Assembly (NCBI GenBank): GCA_036556905.1
Contig: DATBIM010000050.1
Location: 8,207-72,206 of the forward strand
From: Candidatus Methylomirabilota bacterium
Lineage (GTDB): Bacteria > Methylomirabilota > Methylomirabilia > Rokubacteriales > CSP1-6
Reading direction: 5' to 3'
DNA length: 64,000 nt
The translations under genes and the position numbers were made by a program. Position 1 is the first letter of the stretch; every line of letters begins with the position of its first letter. This document shows positions 47,060 to 57,819 of the stretch, piece after piece. The notes below the pieces were generated by a model. That model was not told the origin of the DNA, did no database searches, and worked only from the letters and a program-made list of their open reading frames with translations.

Positions 47060-48133
47060 ATGCTGTTTGACAAGCTCCGTCAGATCGAGGAGCGCTGGGA
47101 GGAGTTGGGCCGCGCCCTGGCCGATCCCCGCGTCTACGGCAATCCCCCCGAGCTGGCTCGCCTCCGCAAGGAACACGCCGAGACCGCCGAGATCGTGGAG
47201 CGCTTCCAGGAGTATCGCGAGGTCCTGCGTCGGCTGGGCGAGGCCCGGCACCTGCTCGGCGAGGATGGTGACCGCGAGCTTCAGGAACTGGCCCAGGCCG
47301 AGATCGAGGAGCTGAGTCGGAAGCAGACCGATCTCGAAACCGAGCTCACGCGGCTCCTCGTCCCCCGTGACCCCAACGACGACAAGAACGTGTTCCTGGA
47401 AATCCGCGCCGGAGCCGGCGGTGACGAGGCCGCGCTATTCGCTGCCGATTTGGCCCGGATGTACACGAAGTACGCCGAGCGCCAGCGCTGGAAGGTCGAG
47501 GTCATGGACTCGAGCGCCACCGGTGTCGGCGGTCTCAAGGAGATGATCCTCTTCGTCCAGGGGCGGGGCGCCTGGAGCCGGCTCAAGTACGAGCGCGGCG
47601 TCCACCGGGTACAACGCGTGCCGGTCACCGAGTCGTCCGGCCGGATCCACACCTCCACCGTGACGGTCGCAGTGCTGTTGGAGGCGGAGGATGTCGAGAT
47701 CAGGGTGGACGAGAAGGATCTGAAGGTCGACGTCTACCGTTCCTCCGGCCCCGGGGGCCAGGGGGTCAACACCACCGACTCCGCCGTGCGCATCACCCAC
47801 CTGCCCACCGGATTGGTGGTCACCTGTCAGGACGAGCGTTCGCAGATCAAGAACCGGGCGAAGGCGCTCCGCGTCCTGAAGGCCCGGCTGCTCGAGCGCG
47901 CCCAACAGGAGCAGCAGGCGGCGATCGCCGCCGACCGGCGAAGTCAGGTGGGTACGGGTGAACGCAGCGAGCGCATCCGTACGTACAACTTCCCCCAGAC
48001 CCGGGTGACGGACCACCGGATCGGGCTGACCGTGCATCGGCTGGGTGACGTGCTGGAGGGCGACCTCGACGAGATCATTGACGCCCTGGCGGCGGCCGAG
48101 CATGCTGAGCGGCTCGAGCGGGTGACGCCGTGA
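47060..48133 (+). CDS. prfA: peptide chain release factor 1
   Basis: PxT-type tripeptide region, [23 protein letters not shown] (GGQ motif). 357 aa. Confidence 0.92.
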   Translation: MLFDKLRQIEERWEELGRALADPRVYGNPPELARLRKEHAETAEIVERFQEYREVLRRLGEARHLLGEDGDRELQELAQAEIEELSRKQTDLETELTRLLVPRDPNDDKNVFLEIRAGAGGDEAALFAADLARMYTKYAERQRWKVEVMDSSATGVGGLKEMILFVQGRGAWSRLKYERGVHRVQRVPVTESSGRIHTSTVTVAVLLEAEDVEIRVDEKDLKVDVYRSSGPGGQGVNTTDSAVRITHLPTGLVVTCQDERSQIKNRAKALRVLKARLLERAQQEQQAAIAADRRSQVGTGERSERIRTYNFPQTRVTDHRIGLTVHRLGDVLEGDLDEIIDALAAAEHAERLERVTP

Positions 48134-49083
48134 AGGCGCCGGCGACGGTGGCGCGGTTGCTGGAGGTGGCCTCGGCCCGGCTGGCGGCGGCGGGTATCGA
48201 CACGCCACGAGTGGAGGCCGAGTGGCTGCTGGCCGGCCTGCTCGGGGCCCGCCGCGGCGATCTCGGGTTGCTCCTTGCCCAGGCCCCGGATGTGGGGCTC
48301 GTCGCGCGATACGAGGCGGCGATCGAGCGTCGCTGGAGCCGTGAGCCGCTGCAACGCATCCTCGGCTGGGAAGGCTTTCGGGGGCTGCGTCTGGGCCTCA
48401 GCCCCGACGTGCTCGTGCCCCGGCCGGAGACCGAAGTCCTCGTGGACCTGGCCCTGGCCCTGCTCCCCATTCCTCGCGGGGGGCGCCACCCGGTCGTCGT
48501 CGACGTTGGCACCGGCTCGGGGTGCGTCGCCTGCGCCATTGCCGCCGAGCACCCCGACGTCCAGGTGATCGCGACCGACAGGGTGGTCGGCGCGCTACTC
48601 GTCGCGCGGGACAATGCCGTTCGGCTGGGGCTGAGCCGAATCCACTTCGTCGCCGCCGACCTGCTGACCGCGGCGGGGCCGGGGGCCGCCGATCTGATCG
48701 TCTCCAACCCTCCATACCTGCCCACGTCTCTGCTCGGGAGCCTGGAACCGGAAGTGCGAGACCATGAGCCCCGGGGGGCACTGGATGGTGGCCACGACGG
48801 ACTGCGCGCGCTGGCCGGTCTGGTCGGGGACTCCACGCGGGTCCTCCGCCCCGGGGGGGCTCTGGTCGTGGAGTCAGCCGGGGGTCCTCAGGCCGACGCC
48901 GTGGTGAAGCTCATGCGCGACGCAGGCTTTGTCGACGCGGCAGTGCATCGAGACCTCGCCGGGATTGATCGCTTCGTTTCCGGAACGGTGGTTGACGCGA
49001 GCCGTGGGCAGAGCGCGGGTTGCATCACACGCAAATGGGGAGGTTTGGCGAGGGTGGTCGCTGCTCCCGCCAAAACCACGTAA
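48130..49083 (+). CDS. prmC: release factor glutamine N5-methyltransferase PrmC (HemK), with C-terminal extension
   Basis: [15 protein letters not shown] motif and NPPY catalytic motif. 4-nt overlap with prfA. Roughly 35 extra residues beyond the usual end. Confidence 0.85.
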   Translation: MKAPATVARLLEVASARLAAAGIDTPRVEAEWLLAGLLGARRGDLGLLLAQAPDVGLVARYEAAIERRWSREPLQRILGWEGFRGLRLGLSPDVLVPRPETEVLVDLALALLPIPRGGRHPVVVDVGTGSGCVACAIAAEHPDVQVIATDRVVGALLVARDNAVRLGLSRIHFVAADLLTAAGPGAADLIVSNPPYLPTSLLGSLEPEVRDHEPRGALDGGHDGLRALAGLVGDSTRVLRPGGALVVESAGGPQADAVVKLMRDAGFVDAAVHRDLAGIDRFVSGTVVDASRGQSAGCITRKWGGLARVVAAPAKTT

Positions 49084-50336
49084 TGCCGGCCCGTCTGCTC
49101 ATCGAGGGAGGCGTGCCGCTCAGGGGCTCGGTCACCGTCAGCGCCGCGAAGAATGCCGCGCTGCCCGCGCTGGCGGCGGGGCTACTGACCTCGGAGCCGC
49201 TCACGTTCCCGAACGTCCCCGATCTCCAGGACGTTCACACCATGGTTCGGCTGCTGCAAACGCTGGGGGCTTCGGTCGATCGCCTGGGGGCGCGGGCCCG
49301 CGTCCGGGTCGAACGTGTTGCCGGCGACGTGGCCGCCTACGAGCTGGTGTCGACGATGCGCGCCTCCGTGCTCGTGCTGGGACCGCTGGTGGCCCGGCAT
49401 GGCTCGGCGCGCGTCGCGTTGCCTGGAGGATGCGCGATCGGCGTCCGTCCCATCGATCAACACCTCAAGGGGCTGGCCAAGCTGGGGGCTGAGATCGCCA
49501 TCGAGAACGGCTACGTGGTGGCCCGGGCCAGCCGGCTCAAAGCCGCGCGTATCGCCACTGATCTGGTGACCGTAACGGGCACCGAGAACCTCATGATGGC
49601 GGCAACGCTGGCCCAGGGTACGACCGTCATCGAGAACGCCGCCCGGGAGCCCGAAGTCGTCGACCTCGCTCGCCTTCTCCAGGCGATGGGGGCGCACATC
49701 GAGGGCGCGGGAACGCCGCGCATCGAGATCGAGGGCGTGTCGGACCTGGGCGGGGCCCGGCACACGATCGTCCCCGATCGTGTCGAGGCGGGAACGCTGC
49801 TCGTGGCTGGGGCGATCACCCGGGGCGATGTGTTCGTGACGGGACTTGTCCCCGACCACATCACTGCCGTGCTGGCCAAGCTCGAGGAGTGCGGGGTGAG
49901 CCTGGAGGTCGGGCCCGACCGCGTGCGGGTGCGAGGCCCGGAGCGACCACGGCCCGCCGACGTCACCACGAGCCCGTTCCCGGGCTTCCCCACCGACATG
50001 CAGGCGCAGCTGATGACGCTGCTCGGCCTGGCCGACGGCCAGTCGCGGGTGACCGAGACCATTTTCGAGAACCGCTTCATGCACGCGGCCGAGCTGGTGC
50101 GTATGGGGGCCCGGATCGAGACGGAGGGGTCCACGGCCATCATTCGTGGCGTGCCCTCGTACCAGGGGGCGCCGGTGATGGCCTCGGACCTGCGCGCGTC
50201 GGCGGCGCTCGTCCTGGCCGGGCTGGCCGCCGGCGGCCGGACGGAGATCTCCCGCGTCTATCACCTCGATCGCGGCTACGAGCGGCTGGAGGTGAAGCTG
50301 CGCGGGCTGGGCGCCCGCATCGAGCGTTTGCCGTGA
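49083..50336 (+). CDS. murA: UDP-N-acetylglucosamine 1-carboxyvinyltransferase
   Basis: [25 protein letters not shown]-terminus, catalytic-loop Cys in [19 protein letters not shown] overlap with prmC. Confidence 0.9.
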   Translation: MPARLLIEGGVPLRGSVTVSAAKNAALPALAAGLLTSEPLTFPNVPDLQDVHTMVRLLQTLGASVDRLGARARVRVERVAGDVAAYELVSTMRASVLVLGPLVARHGSARVALPGGCAIGVRPIDQHLKGLAKLGAEIAIENGYVVARASRLKAARIATDLVTVTGTENLMMAATLAQGTTVIENAAREPEVVDLARLLQAMGAHIEGAGTPRIEIEGVSDLGGARHTIVPDRVEAGTLLVAGAITRGDVFVTGLVPDHITAVLAKLEECGVSLEVGPDRVRVRGPERPRPADVTTSPFPGFPTDMQAQLMTLLGLADGQSRVTETIFENRFMHAAELVRMGARIETEGSTAIIRGVPSYQGAPVMASDLRASAALVLAGLAAGGRTEISRVYHLDRGYERLEVKLRGLGARIERLP

Positions 50337-51001
50337 AAGAGCGCCTCACCCTGGCCCTGCCCAAGGGGCGCCTGCTCGACGGTGCCCTCGCGCTGCTTCG
50401 CGAGATCGGGGTCGACGGGGTCGAAGCGGAATCGCGCCGACTGATCTTCACCGATCCCCGGCGCGGCCTCCGGATGCTCTTCCTCAAGCCGGCCGACATT
50501 CCCGCCTACGTCACCTACGGGGCCGCCGACCTCGGCATCGTCGGCAAGGACATCCTGCTCGAGCAGGAGCCCGACGTGTACGAGCCGCTCGACCTCGGGT
50601 TCGGATTCTGCCGGCTGGTGGTAGCCGAGCCCCGCGAGCTCTGGGAGCGCGACGATCCCTCCAAGTGGTCCTGGGTCCGGGTTGCCACCAAATATCCGCG
50701 GATGGCCGAGCGGTACTTCTCCGACCGTGGCGTCCAGGTGGAGATCGTGCGTCTGGACGGCTCCATCGAGCTGGCCCCCCTGGTCGGGCTGGCCGAGCGC
50801 ATCGTGGACCTCGTGCAGTCGGGGGAGACCTTGAGGGCCAACGGGCTGGTGGAGGTCGCCGAGATCGCTCGCTCCACGGCCCGGGTGATCGTCAACCGGG
50901 CTTCGATGAAGACGGAGTACGCTGCGGTGACCGAGCTGATCGATGAGCTACGCCGCCGGTGCACGGTGCCGGTGCCGGCCTCTCCGGGCTCCCGGCCATG
51001 A
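50333..51001 (+). CDS. hisG: ATP phosphoribosyltransferase, short form
   Basis: 222 aa (GTG start overlapping the murA stop). [10 protein letters not shown] and PRPP-binding blocks. Lacks the C-terminal regulatory domain of long-form HisG. Confidence 0.85.
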   Translation: MKERLTLALPKGRLLDGALALLREIGVDGVEAESRRLIFTDPRRGLRMLFLKPADIPAYVTYGAADLGIVGKDILLEQEPDVYEPLDLGFGFCRLVVAEPRELWERDDPSKWSWVRVATKYPRMAERYFSDRGVQVEIVRLDGSIELAPLVGLAERIVDLVQSGETLRANGLVEVAEIARSTARVIVNRASMKTEYAAVTELIDELRRRCTVPVPASPGSRP

Positions 51002-52305
51002 TTCGCAGCCTCGACGCCCGTCACCTCGGCCTCACCGCCGTGGTTCGGGAGCTGGCCCGCCCCCCGGCGGCGATCGATCCCCAGATCCCGCGCGTCGTCG
51101 ACGAAATCCTGCGCGCCGTGCGCGAGCGGGGAGACACCGCGCTCCTGGAGCTCACCGCGCGCTTCGACGGGCTGACGGTACCCGCGGTGACCGCGCTGGC
51201 GATCCCTCGTGGTGACCTCGAGGCGGCCGAACGGGCCGTCGCCCCCTCCGTGCGTGCCGCCCTCGCGTACGCGGCCGAGCGCATCGACCGCTACCATGCC
51301 GCCGCCTTGCCAAAGACCTGGCGTATCACGGACGAGCACGGCTCGATCCTGGGGCAGGAGGTACGCGCGCTGGAGCGTGTTGGAATCTACGTGCCCGGCG
51401 GCCGCGCCGCCTATCCTTCGACGGTCCTGATGACCGCCGTGCCTGCCCGTGTCGCCGGCGTACCCGAGATCGTCCTGGTGACGCCGCCGGGGCGGGACGG
51501 GCGCATCGATCCAACCGTGCTGGCGGCGGCGCGCATCGCGGGGGTGACCGAGGCTTGGCGTCTGGGCGGAGCCCAGGCCATCGCGGCTCTGGCTTACGGT
51601 ACGGCGACGATCCGGAAGGTCGACAAGGTCGTGGGACCCGGCAACATCTACGTGGCGTTGGCCAAGAGCCGCGTGTTTGGAGACGTGGGCATCGACATGG
51701 TGGCGGGGCCCAGCGAGGTGCTGGTCATCGCGGACGGTGAGGCCGATCCGGAGTGGATCGCCGCCGACCTGCTGGCTCAGGCCGAGCACGACCCGATGGC
51801 CCGAGCCGTGCTCGTCACTGACGCCCCCGGCCTGGTCCCTCGAGTGGCTCGGGCGCTCGCCTCCCAGCTCGGCCGTCTGACCCGCAAGGACATCGCCGCC
51901 CAGTCCCTGCAGACGAATGGCGCCCTCGTCCTTGTCGGGTCGCTCGAGGAGGCCGCCGAACTGGCCAACCGGCTGGCCCCCGAGCATCTCGAGCTGCTCG
52001 TGCGCGTGCCCCAGGCGCTGCTGCCTCGTGTTCGCCACGCCGGAGCGATCTTCGTCGGCGGCCGGACTCCGGAGGTGGTCGGCGACTACGTGGCCGGTCC
52101 CAGTCACGTGCTGCCGACGGCGGGCACCGCGCGCTTCTCGTCACCGCTGGGGGTGGAGGACTTCGTCAAGCGGTCGAGCGTGATCGAGTACTCGAGCGCA
52201 GGCCTGCAGGCTGCGCTGGGCCATCTGAGAACGCTGGCCGACATCGAGGGCCTGGGCGGGCACCGAGCGGCTGCCGACGTCCGGGCCGGGGGAGAGGGTA
52301 GATGA
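50998..52305 (+). CDS. hisD: histidinol dehydrogenase
   Basis: Conserved AGPSEVLVIADGEADPEWIAADLLAQAEHD zinc-site region. ATGA overlap with hisG. Confidence 0.9.
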   Translation: MIRSLDARHLGLTAVVRELARPPAAIDPQIPRVVDEILRAVRERGDTALLELTARFDGLTVPAVTALAIPRGDLEAAERAVAPSVRAALAYAAERIDRYHAAALPKTWRITDEHGSILGQEVRALERVGIYVPGGRAAYPSTVLMTAVPARVAGVPEIVLVTPPGRDGRIDPTVLAAARIAGVTEAWRLGGAQAIAALAYGTATIRKVDKVVGPGNIYVALAKSRVFGDVGIDMVAGPSEVLVIADGEADPEWIAADLLAQAEHDPMARAVLVTDAPGLVPRVARALASQLGRLTRKDIAAQSLQTNGALVLVGSLEEAAELANRLAPEHLELLVRVPQALLPRVRHAGAIFVGGRTPEVVGDYVAGPSHVLPTAGTARFSSPLGVEDFVKRSSVIEYSSAGLQAALGHLRTLADIEGLGGHRAAADVRAGGEGR

Positions 52306-52901
52306 GCCGAGCGCTGCGGCAGGCCCGCGTGGAACGCAAGACGAAGGAGACCGAGGTGGCGATTAGCCTCAACCTCGACGGCACCGGTGCCGCCAAGGTG
52401 GGCACCCCGATCCCCTTCTTCAGCCACATGCTGGAGGCGTGGGCGAAGCACGGCCTCATGGATCTCACGGTGGAGGCGAGCGGGGACGTCGAGGTGGACA
52501 TCCACCACACCGTCGAGGATGTCGGCATCGTGCTGGGACAGGCCCTCCGCGAGGCCGTCGGCGACAAGCGGGGCATCGTTCGCTACGGGACCGCCTTCGT
52601 GCCCATGGACGAGGCCCTCGTCGCGGCCGCCGTCGACATCTCGGGGCGCCCGTACCTCGTGTTCAACGTTCCGGTGGCCCGAACCCGGGTGGCCAACTTC
52701 GATCTCGACATGCTCCAGGAGTTTTTCCGGGCGTTCGCTTTCAAAGCCGAGATCACGCTGCACGTGACCATGCACTACGGTCACAACTTGCACCACATCA
52801 CGGAGGCCGTATTCAAGGCTGTGGGGCGCGCGCTGGCCGAGGCCAGTCGGATCAACCCTCGTATCGCCGACGTTCTACCCTCGACCAAGGGACGCCTGTG
52901 A
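52302..52901 (+). CDS. hisB: imidazoleglycerol-phosphate dehydratase
   Basis: RKTKETEVAISLNLDG, HHTVEDVGIVLG and HNLHHITEA metal-binding motifs. Confidence 0.9.
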   Translation: MSRALRQARVERKTKETEVAISLNLDGTGAAKVGTPIPFFSHMLEAWAKHGLMDLTVEASGDVEVDIHHTVEDVGIVLGQALREAVGDKRGIVRYGTAFVPMDEALVAAAVDISGRPYLVFNVPVARTRVANFDLDMLQEFFRAFAFKAEITLHVTMHYGHNLHHITEAVFKAVGRALAEASRINPRIADVLPSTKGRL

Positions 52902-52926
52902 TCATGGCCGAAGGCGAGGCGCGCCG

Positions 52927-53664
52927 GTGATCGCCATCATCGATTACGGCCGCGGCAACCTGGGCTCGGTGGAAAAGGCCTTCCAGCGCGTCGGTGTGCC
53001 GGCGACGGTCACCCAGGATCCGCGCGTGGTCGAGGACGCCGAGGCGGTGGTGCTCCCTGGAGACGGGGCATTTCACGACGCGATGGCGAATCTGGATCAA
53101 CTGGGGTTGCGGGCGCCGCTGGTGCGCGCCCTGGACGGACGCCGGCCTTTCCTGGGAATCTGCCTGGGCTATCAGCTCCTGTTCTCGAGCAGTGAGGAGT
53201 TCGGCCAGGGCCGCGGGCTGGACGTCATCCCCGGTGTGGTGCGGCGCTTCCCGCCCGGCCGGAAGGTCCCGCACATGGGTTGGAATCGCGTCCACCACGG
53301 CGGCGGGCTCCGGCTGTTCGAGGGGATCCCCGACGGCGCGCACTTCTACTTCGTCCACTCTTACTATCCTGTTGTAGCGGGGGCCGAGAGCCCGGGTACG
53401 ACCGAGGGTGGCCTGTCTCCGGTGGCCGGGGCTCCGGACGCCCGGTCGACCGCTGGCCTGTCTCCGGTGGCCGGGGCTCCGGACGCCCGGTCGACGGGCT
53501 CGAGTGCTTCACTCCGGGTGGCATGGTGCGAATACGGCGTGCGGTTCGCGGCGGCCCTGGAGCGTGGGCGGATCTTCGCGACGCAGTTCCATCCCGAGAA
53601 GAGCCAGCGCTGGGGGTTGCGGCTCCTCGAGAACTTCGCCGCATTCGTGAAGAGCGGCGGATGA
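52927..53664 (+). CDS. hisH: imidazole glycerol phosphate synthase, glutamine amidotransferase subunit, with a roughly 35-aa insertion containing a tandem repeat
   Basis: IAIIDYGRGNLGSV, catalytic GICLGYQLL and FHPEKS motifs. 245 aa against the usual 200 or so. The extra residues lie between YFVHSYY and the C-terminal FHPEKS block. Confidence 0.85.
   Translation: MIAIIDYGRGNLGSVEKAFQRVGVPATVTQDPRVVEDAEAVVLPGDGAFHDAMANLDQLGLRAPLVRALDGRRPFLGICLGYQLLFSSSEEFGQGRGLDVIPGVVRRFPPGRKVPHMGWNRVHHGGGLRLFEGIPDGAHFYFVHSYYPVVAGAESPGTTEGGLSPVAGAPDARSTAGLSPVAGAPDARSTGSSASLRVAWCEYGVRFAAALERGRIFATQFHPEKSQRWGLRLLENFAAFVKSGG
53409..53495 (+). repeat. 45-bp in-frame tandem duplication inside hisH (two copies)
   Basis: tggcctgtctccggtggccggggctccggacgcccggtcgac occurs at 53409-53450 and again at 53454-53495, separated by cgc. 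It encodes GLSPVAGAPDARST twice in the hisH reading frame. Confidence 0.85.
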
Positions 53665-54371
53665 TCGTCATTCCGGCCATCGATATCCGCGGGGGCTTCT
53701 GCGTGCGCCTGCGCGAGGGTCGGGCTGATCAGGAAACCGTGTTCTCCGAGGATCCGGTGGCCGTGGCCCGGCGCTGGGTGGACCTCGGCGCCGAACGCCT
53801 GCATGTGGTCGATCTCGACGGGGCCCTGGGAAAGCCCCGGCAGACGGACATGGTGCGCCGGGTCATCGAGGCCGCCGGGCCGGTCCCGGTGCAGGTGGGT
53901 GGAGGGCTCCGCGACGATGGGGCGGTGGCCGCGATGTTCAAAGCCGGGGCGCGCTGGGTGGTGCTCGGGACCCGGGCCGTCGATGCCACGTTCCTGACCG
54001 GGACCTGCCAGAGGCACCCGGAGGGCATCATCGTCGCCGTTGACGGGCGCGGCTCGCGCGTGGCCGTGAAGGGCTGGACCGAAGTCGCCGAGGTGACGGT
54101 GGTCGAGCTGGGCCGGCAGGCCCGGGACGCGGGAGCGGCCGCGCTTCTGTACACGGACGTCGGCCGGGATGGGACCGAGCAGGGGCCCAACGTGAAGGAC
54201 ACGGCGACCCTGGCCGGGGCCGTGGGCATGCCGATTCTCGCCTCGGGCGGTGTGTCGAGCGTCAACGATCTCAGGGCGCTCGCCGCCATTCCCGGGGTCC
54301 AGGGGGTGGTCGTCGGCCGCGCGCTGTACACCGGGGCCATCGATCTCCGCCAGGCCCTGGAAGCCGTCTAG
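53661..54371 (+). CDS. hisA: 1-(5-phosphoribosyl)-5-[(5-phosphoribosylamino)methylideneamino]imidazole-4-carboxamide isomerase
   Basis: MIVIPAIDIRGG, VVDLDGA and LASGGVSSVNDL (beta/alpha)8 motifs. ATGA overlap with hisH. Confidence 0.88.
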   Translation: MIVIPAIDIRGGFCVRLREGRADQETVFSEDPVAVARRWVDLGAERLHVVDLDGALGKPRQTDMVRRVIEAAGPVPVQVGGGLRDDGAVAAMFKAGARWVVLGTRAVDATFLTGTCQRHPEGIIVAVDGRGSRVAVKGWTEVAEVTVVELGRQARDAGAAALLYTDVGRDGTEQGPNVKDTATLAGAVGMPILASGGVSSVNDLRALAAIPGVQGVVVGRALYTGAIDLRQALEAV

Positions 54372-55145
54372 ATGCTGGCCAAGCGTCTCGTTCCCTGTCT
54401 GGACGTCAAGGACGGTCGTGTCGTCAAAGGGGTACGCTTCGTCGATCTTCGCGACGCCGGCGATCCGGTGGAGGCCGCGTTAGCCTACGACGCCCAGGGT
54501 GCCGACGAGCTCGTCTTCCTGGACATCACGGCCTCCCACGAGAATCGGAAGATCATGCTCGACGTCGTCGCCCGCACGGCCGAGGGCATCTACATGCCGC
54601 TGACGGTCGGCGGCGGCATCCGGGGGATCGCTGACGTCCGGGCATTGCTGCGCGCCGGCGCCGACAAGGTGTCGCTGAACACCGCAGCCCTGGAAAGCCC
54701 GGAGCTCATCACGGAAGCGGCCGAGCGATTCGGAAGCCAATGCATCGTGGTAGCGATAGATGCGCGCCGGGCGCCGGGCCCCGGCTCCGGCCGCTGGGGC
54801 GTCTACACCCATGGCGGGCGGCGGGCGGCCGGGCGTGATGCCGTGGAGTGGGCCCGGACGGCAGCGGCCCTGGGCGCCGGAGAGATCCTCTTGACGAGCA
54901 TGGACCGGGACGGCACCAAGGACGGCTACGACCTCGAGCTGACCCGTGCGGTGGCCGAGGCGGTCGAGGTCCCGGTGATCGCCTCGGGCGGTGCCGGTTC
55001 TCTGGAGCACCTCGCCGAAGGCCTGATCGAGGGGCGCGCCGACGCGGCCTTGGCCGCGTCGATCTTCCACTTCGGTATCCATACGATCGCCGAGGCGAAG
55101 CGGTATCTCCGCGAGCGCGGCGTGGAGGTGCGGCTGGAGCCGTGA
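54372..55145 (+). CDS. hisF: imidazole glycerol phosphate synthase, cyclase subunit
   Basis: [30 protein letters not shown] and VIASGGAG motifs. Confidence 0.9.
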   Translation: MLAKRLVPCLDVKDGRVVKGVRFVDLRDAGDPVEAALAYDAQGADELVFLDITASHENRKIMLDVVARTAEGIYMPLTVGGGIRGIADVRALLRAGADKVSLNTAALESPELITEAAERFGSQCIVVAIDARRAPGPGSGRWGVYTHGGRRAAGRDAVEWARTAAALGAGEILLTSMDRDGTKDGYDLELTRAVAEAVEVPVIASGGAGSLEHLAEGLIEGRADAALAASIFHFGIHTIAEAKRYLRERGVEVRLEP

Positions 55146-55774
55146 AGCTGGACGACCTGAAGTTCGATGACCGTGGCCTCATCCCGGCGGTGGTCCAGGA
55201 GGCGGACACCGGGGAGGTCCTCATGGTCGCGTGGATGGATCGGCGGGCGCTGGAGGCGACCCTGGCGACCGGACTCACCCACTTCTGGTCCCGCTCGCGG
55301 CAGCAGTCCTGGCGAAAGGGCGAGACTTCGGGCCACACGCAGCACGTCCGCGCGCTCTACACCGATTGCGATGCCGACACCCTGCTCGTCCAGGTGCATC
55401 AGGAGGGCGTCGCCTGCCATACCGGCAACCGCACGTGCTTCTTCACGGCGCTGCGGGAGGGCCCGCAAGCCGCCAACATGTTGGAGCGGCTGGAGCGGGT
55501 CGTGGAAAGCCGCAAAGCGACCCCCCAGGCGGGTTCCTACGTGAGCGGCCTCCTGGCCAAAGGCGAGGCGACGATCGCCCGAAAAATCGGCGAGGAGGCG
55601 AGCGAGGTGATTACGGCCGCCCTGGGTGGCGAGGGCGATCGGCGCGTGGTCGAGGAGGTCGCTGATCTCTGGTTTCACACACTGGTCCTGCTAGGAGCCC
55701 GGGGGCTCCGGTTGCGCGAGGTGCTGGAGGAGCTGGCCCGGCGCCACCAGGCTCGGACGACGCCGAGCGCCTGA
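55142..55774 (+). CDS. hisIE: bifunctional phosphoribosyl-AMP cyclohydrolase / phosphoribosyl-ATP pyrophosphatase
   Basis: N-terminal HisI block ([31 protein letters not shown]...CHTGNRTCF) and C-terminal HisE MazG-like block ([22 protein letters not shown]). GTG overlaps the hisF stop. Confidence 0.85.
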   Translation: MKLDDLKFDDRGLIPAVVQEADTGEVLMVAWMDRRALEATLATGLTHFWSRSRQQSWRKGETSGHTQHVRALYTDCDADTLLVQVHQEGVACHTGNRTCFFTALREGPQAANMLERLERVVESRKATPQAGSYVSGLLAKGEATIARKIGEEASEVITAALGGEGDRRVVEEVADLWFHTLVLLGARGLRLREVLEELARRHQARTTPSA

Positions 55775-55783
55775 GCTGCCAGG

Positions 55784-56308
55784 GTGCGCCCACTCTGCGC
55801 CGGGGTGGTGAGGGTCGGCCTCCTGGGCGCGATGCTCGCCTTCCTGGTGGCCGGCTGTGCCGGGCGTCGAATCGAGGACGGCGTCTTCTACTCGACGAAG
55901 GGTTATTGGATACGGATCCCGGGACCGGAGTGGATGGTCGTCAACGAGAGCCGCGCTGACCTGGAGCTGAAGGCCCGTGACGGGCGGGCGGGGATGCTGG
56001 CGAACGCCACCTGCGAGGCCCACGTCGCCCGGCGCCCGCCCACTGTCCTCCAGCGGCAGTTGCTCCTGGGGCTCTCGAACCCGCACGTCGTCGAGCGGGG
56101 TGAGGTGACCGTCGCGGGTCGGCCCGCCCCGCGCACCGTGCTGGAGGCGGGGGTCGCTGACGGCGGCGGGCGGGTCCGCATCGACGCGGTCACGGTGACT
56201 GACTCCCGCTGTGTGTACGACCTCATTTTCGTCGCCCCCCTCGCCGTCTTTGCCGAGCGGCAGGCCGACTTCGCGGCGTTCGTGGCGAGCTTCACGGCAG
56301 GGCGGTGA
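55784..56308 (+). CDS. hypothetical lipoprotein
   Basis: Lipobox AFLVAGC after a signal peptide. 4-nt overlap with mlaE suggests co-transcription with mlaEFD. No family recognised. Confidence 0.5.
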   Translation: MRPLCAGVVRVGLLGAMLAFLVAGCAGRRIEDGVFYSTKGYWIRIPGPEWMVVNESRADLELKARDGRAGMLANATCEAHVARRPPTVLQRQLLLGLSNPHVVERGEVTVAGRPAPRTVLEAGVADGGGRVRIDAVTVTDSRCVYDLIFVAPLAVFAERQADFAAFVASFTAGR

Positions 56309-57069
56309 TGACCCTCTATTTGAGACGAACCGCGATGTGGTACGGGGGGTTGGGCCTGCTCGGCGGTGCCGTCTTGCGCAACCTGGCGCTGCCGCCCGCC
56401 TACGTGCGGCATATCGTGGCCGAGATGGAGACGATGGGCGTCCGCTCGCTGGGGGTCGCCCTGACCGCGGCGATCTTCACCGGCATGGTGTTTGCCATTC
56501 AGAGCGCCGTGAACATGGCCCGCTTCGGCGCCGAGAACTACGTGGGCCCCCTCACCGCCCTGGCCATCCTCCGCGAGCTGGGGCCCGTGCTCACGGCGGT
56601 CCTGGTCGGCGGCAAGGTGGCCTCGGGCATCACCGCTGAGCTGGGATCGATGAAGGTCACCGAGCAGATCGACGCGCTGCGCATGCTGGGGGTCAACTAC
56701 GTCAAGCGCCTCATCGTCCCGCGCATCCTGGCCGCCCTCGTGGTGTTTCCCCTCCTTACCGTGCTGGCCGACGCGCTGGGCGTGCTCGGGGGCCTGGCCG
56801 TGATGGTGTTCGAGCGAAGCGCCGACCCCTATGCCTACTGGAACACGACGACCTACTGGGTGGTGCCGAAAGACTTCCTCATGGGAATCGGCAAGAGCGT
56901 CTTTTTCGGGATCATCATCACCCTCATCGGTTGCTACAACGGTCTGGCGACGGAGGGCGGGACGGAGGGGCTGGGGCGGGCCACGACGGGCACCGTCGTC
57001 CACGTCACTATGGGGGTCATCGTGTCGGACTTCTTCCTGACCAAGCTTTTCCTCAGCCTGTTCTGGTGA
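56305..57069 (+). CDS. mlaE: phospholipid ABC transporter permease MlaE
   Basis: 254 aa. Conserved MlaE/YrbE blocks (GVRSLGVALTAAIFTGMVFAIQ, TEQIDALRMLGV). Confidence 0.85.
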   Translation: MMTLYLRRTAMWYGGLGLLGGAVLRNLALPPAYVRHIVAEMETMGVRSLGVALTAAIFTGMVFAIQSAVNMARFGAENYVGPLTALAILRELGPVLTAVLVGGKVASGITAELGSMKVTEQIDALRMLGVNYVKRLIVPRILAALVVFPLLTVLADALGVLGGLAVMVFERSADPYAYWNTTTYWVVPKDFLMGIGKSVFFGIIITLIGCYNGLATEGGTEGLGRATTGTVVHVTMGVIVSDFFLTKLFLSLFW

Positions 57070-57815
57070 GCGTCTCGGGGCCGCTGGTCGAGGTCGTCGA
57101 TGTCTGGAAGGCGTTCGATGCCCTCCAGGTGCTGGCCGGGGTGTCGTTGGAGGCGACCCGGGGAGAGACGCTGGTGGTGATGGGGGGAAGCGGATCGGGC
57201 AAGACGGTGCTGCTCCGACTCATCGCTGGCCTGCTCCGTCCCGACCGGGGGCGCATCCGTCTGCTCGGCCAACCGATCGAGCGCCTGTCCGAGGAGCAGT
57301 TGCTCTCCATTCGCCGGAGGATCGGGTACGTGTTCCAGGGCGCGGCGCTTTTCGACTCGCTCTCCGTTCTCGAAAATGTCGCCTACCCTCTACGTGAGCA
57401 CACCCGGCTCAGCGAGTCGGAGATCCACGAGCGGGTCGTGCATTTCCTGTCACTGGTCGGACTCAACGGTAACGTGCTGTCGCTGCTGCCGGCCGAGCTC
57501 TCCGGAGGCATGCGCAAGCGCGTCGGCATCGCCCGGGCCCTGGTGAATGAGCCCGAGCTCATGCTCTTCGACGAGCCGACGGCGGGGCTCGATCCCACCA
57601 ACTCGCGGCTCGTCGCCGAGCTGATCTCGCAGGTGAGGACCGGGGTGTGCGACACTGCGATCGTGGTGACGCACGATCTCGAGCTCACTCGCACCGTCGC
57701 CGATCGTGTTGCCGTCCTCATCGGTGGGCGATTCGCCGCATCGGGGCCCCGGAATGCTGTGCTGGAGTCGACGGATTCCGCGGTGCAGGCGTTTCTGGCC
57801 GGCCAGGCGAGGTGA
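57066..57815 (+). CDS. mlaF: phospholipid ABC transporter ATP-binding protein MlaF
   Basis: Walker A GGSGSGKT, signature LSGGMRKRVGIARAL, Walker B LMLFDEPTAGLD. GTGA overlap with mlaE. Confidence 0.85.
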   Translation: MSVSGPLVEVVDVWKAFDALQVLAGVSLEATRGETLVVMGGSGSGKTVLLRLIAGLLRPDRGRIRLLGQPIERLSEEQLLSIRRRIGYVFQGAALFDSLSVLENVAYPLREHTRLSESEIHERVVHFLSLVGLNGNVLSLLPAELSGGMRKRVGIARALVNEPELMLFDEPTAGLDPTNSRLVAELISQVRTGVCDTAIVVTHDLELTRTVADRVAVLIGGRFAASGPRNAVLESTDSAVQAFLAGQAR

Positions 57816-57819
57816 GGAC

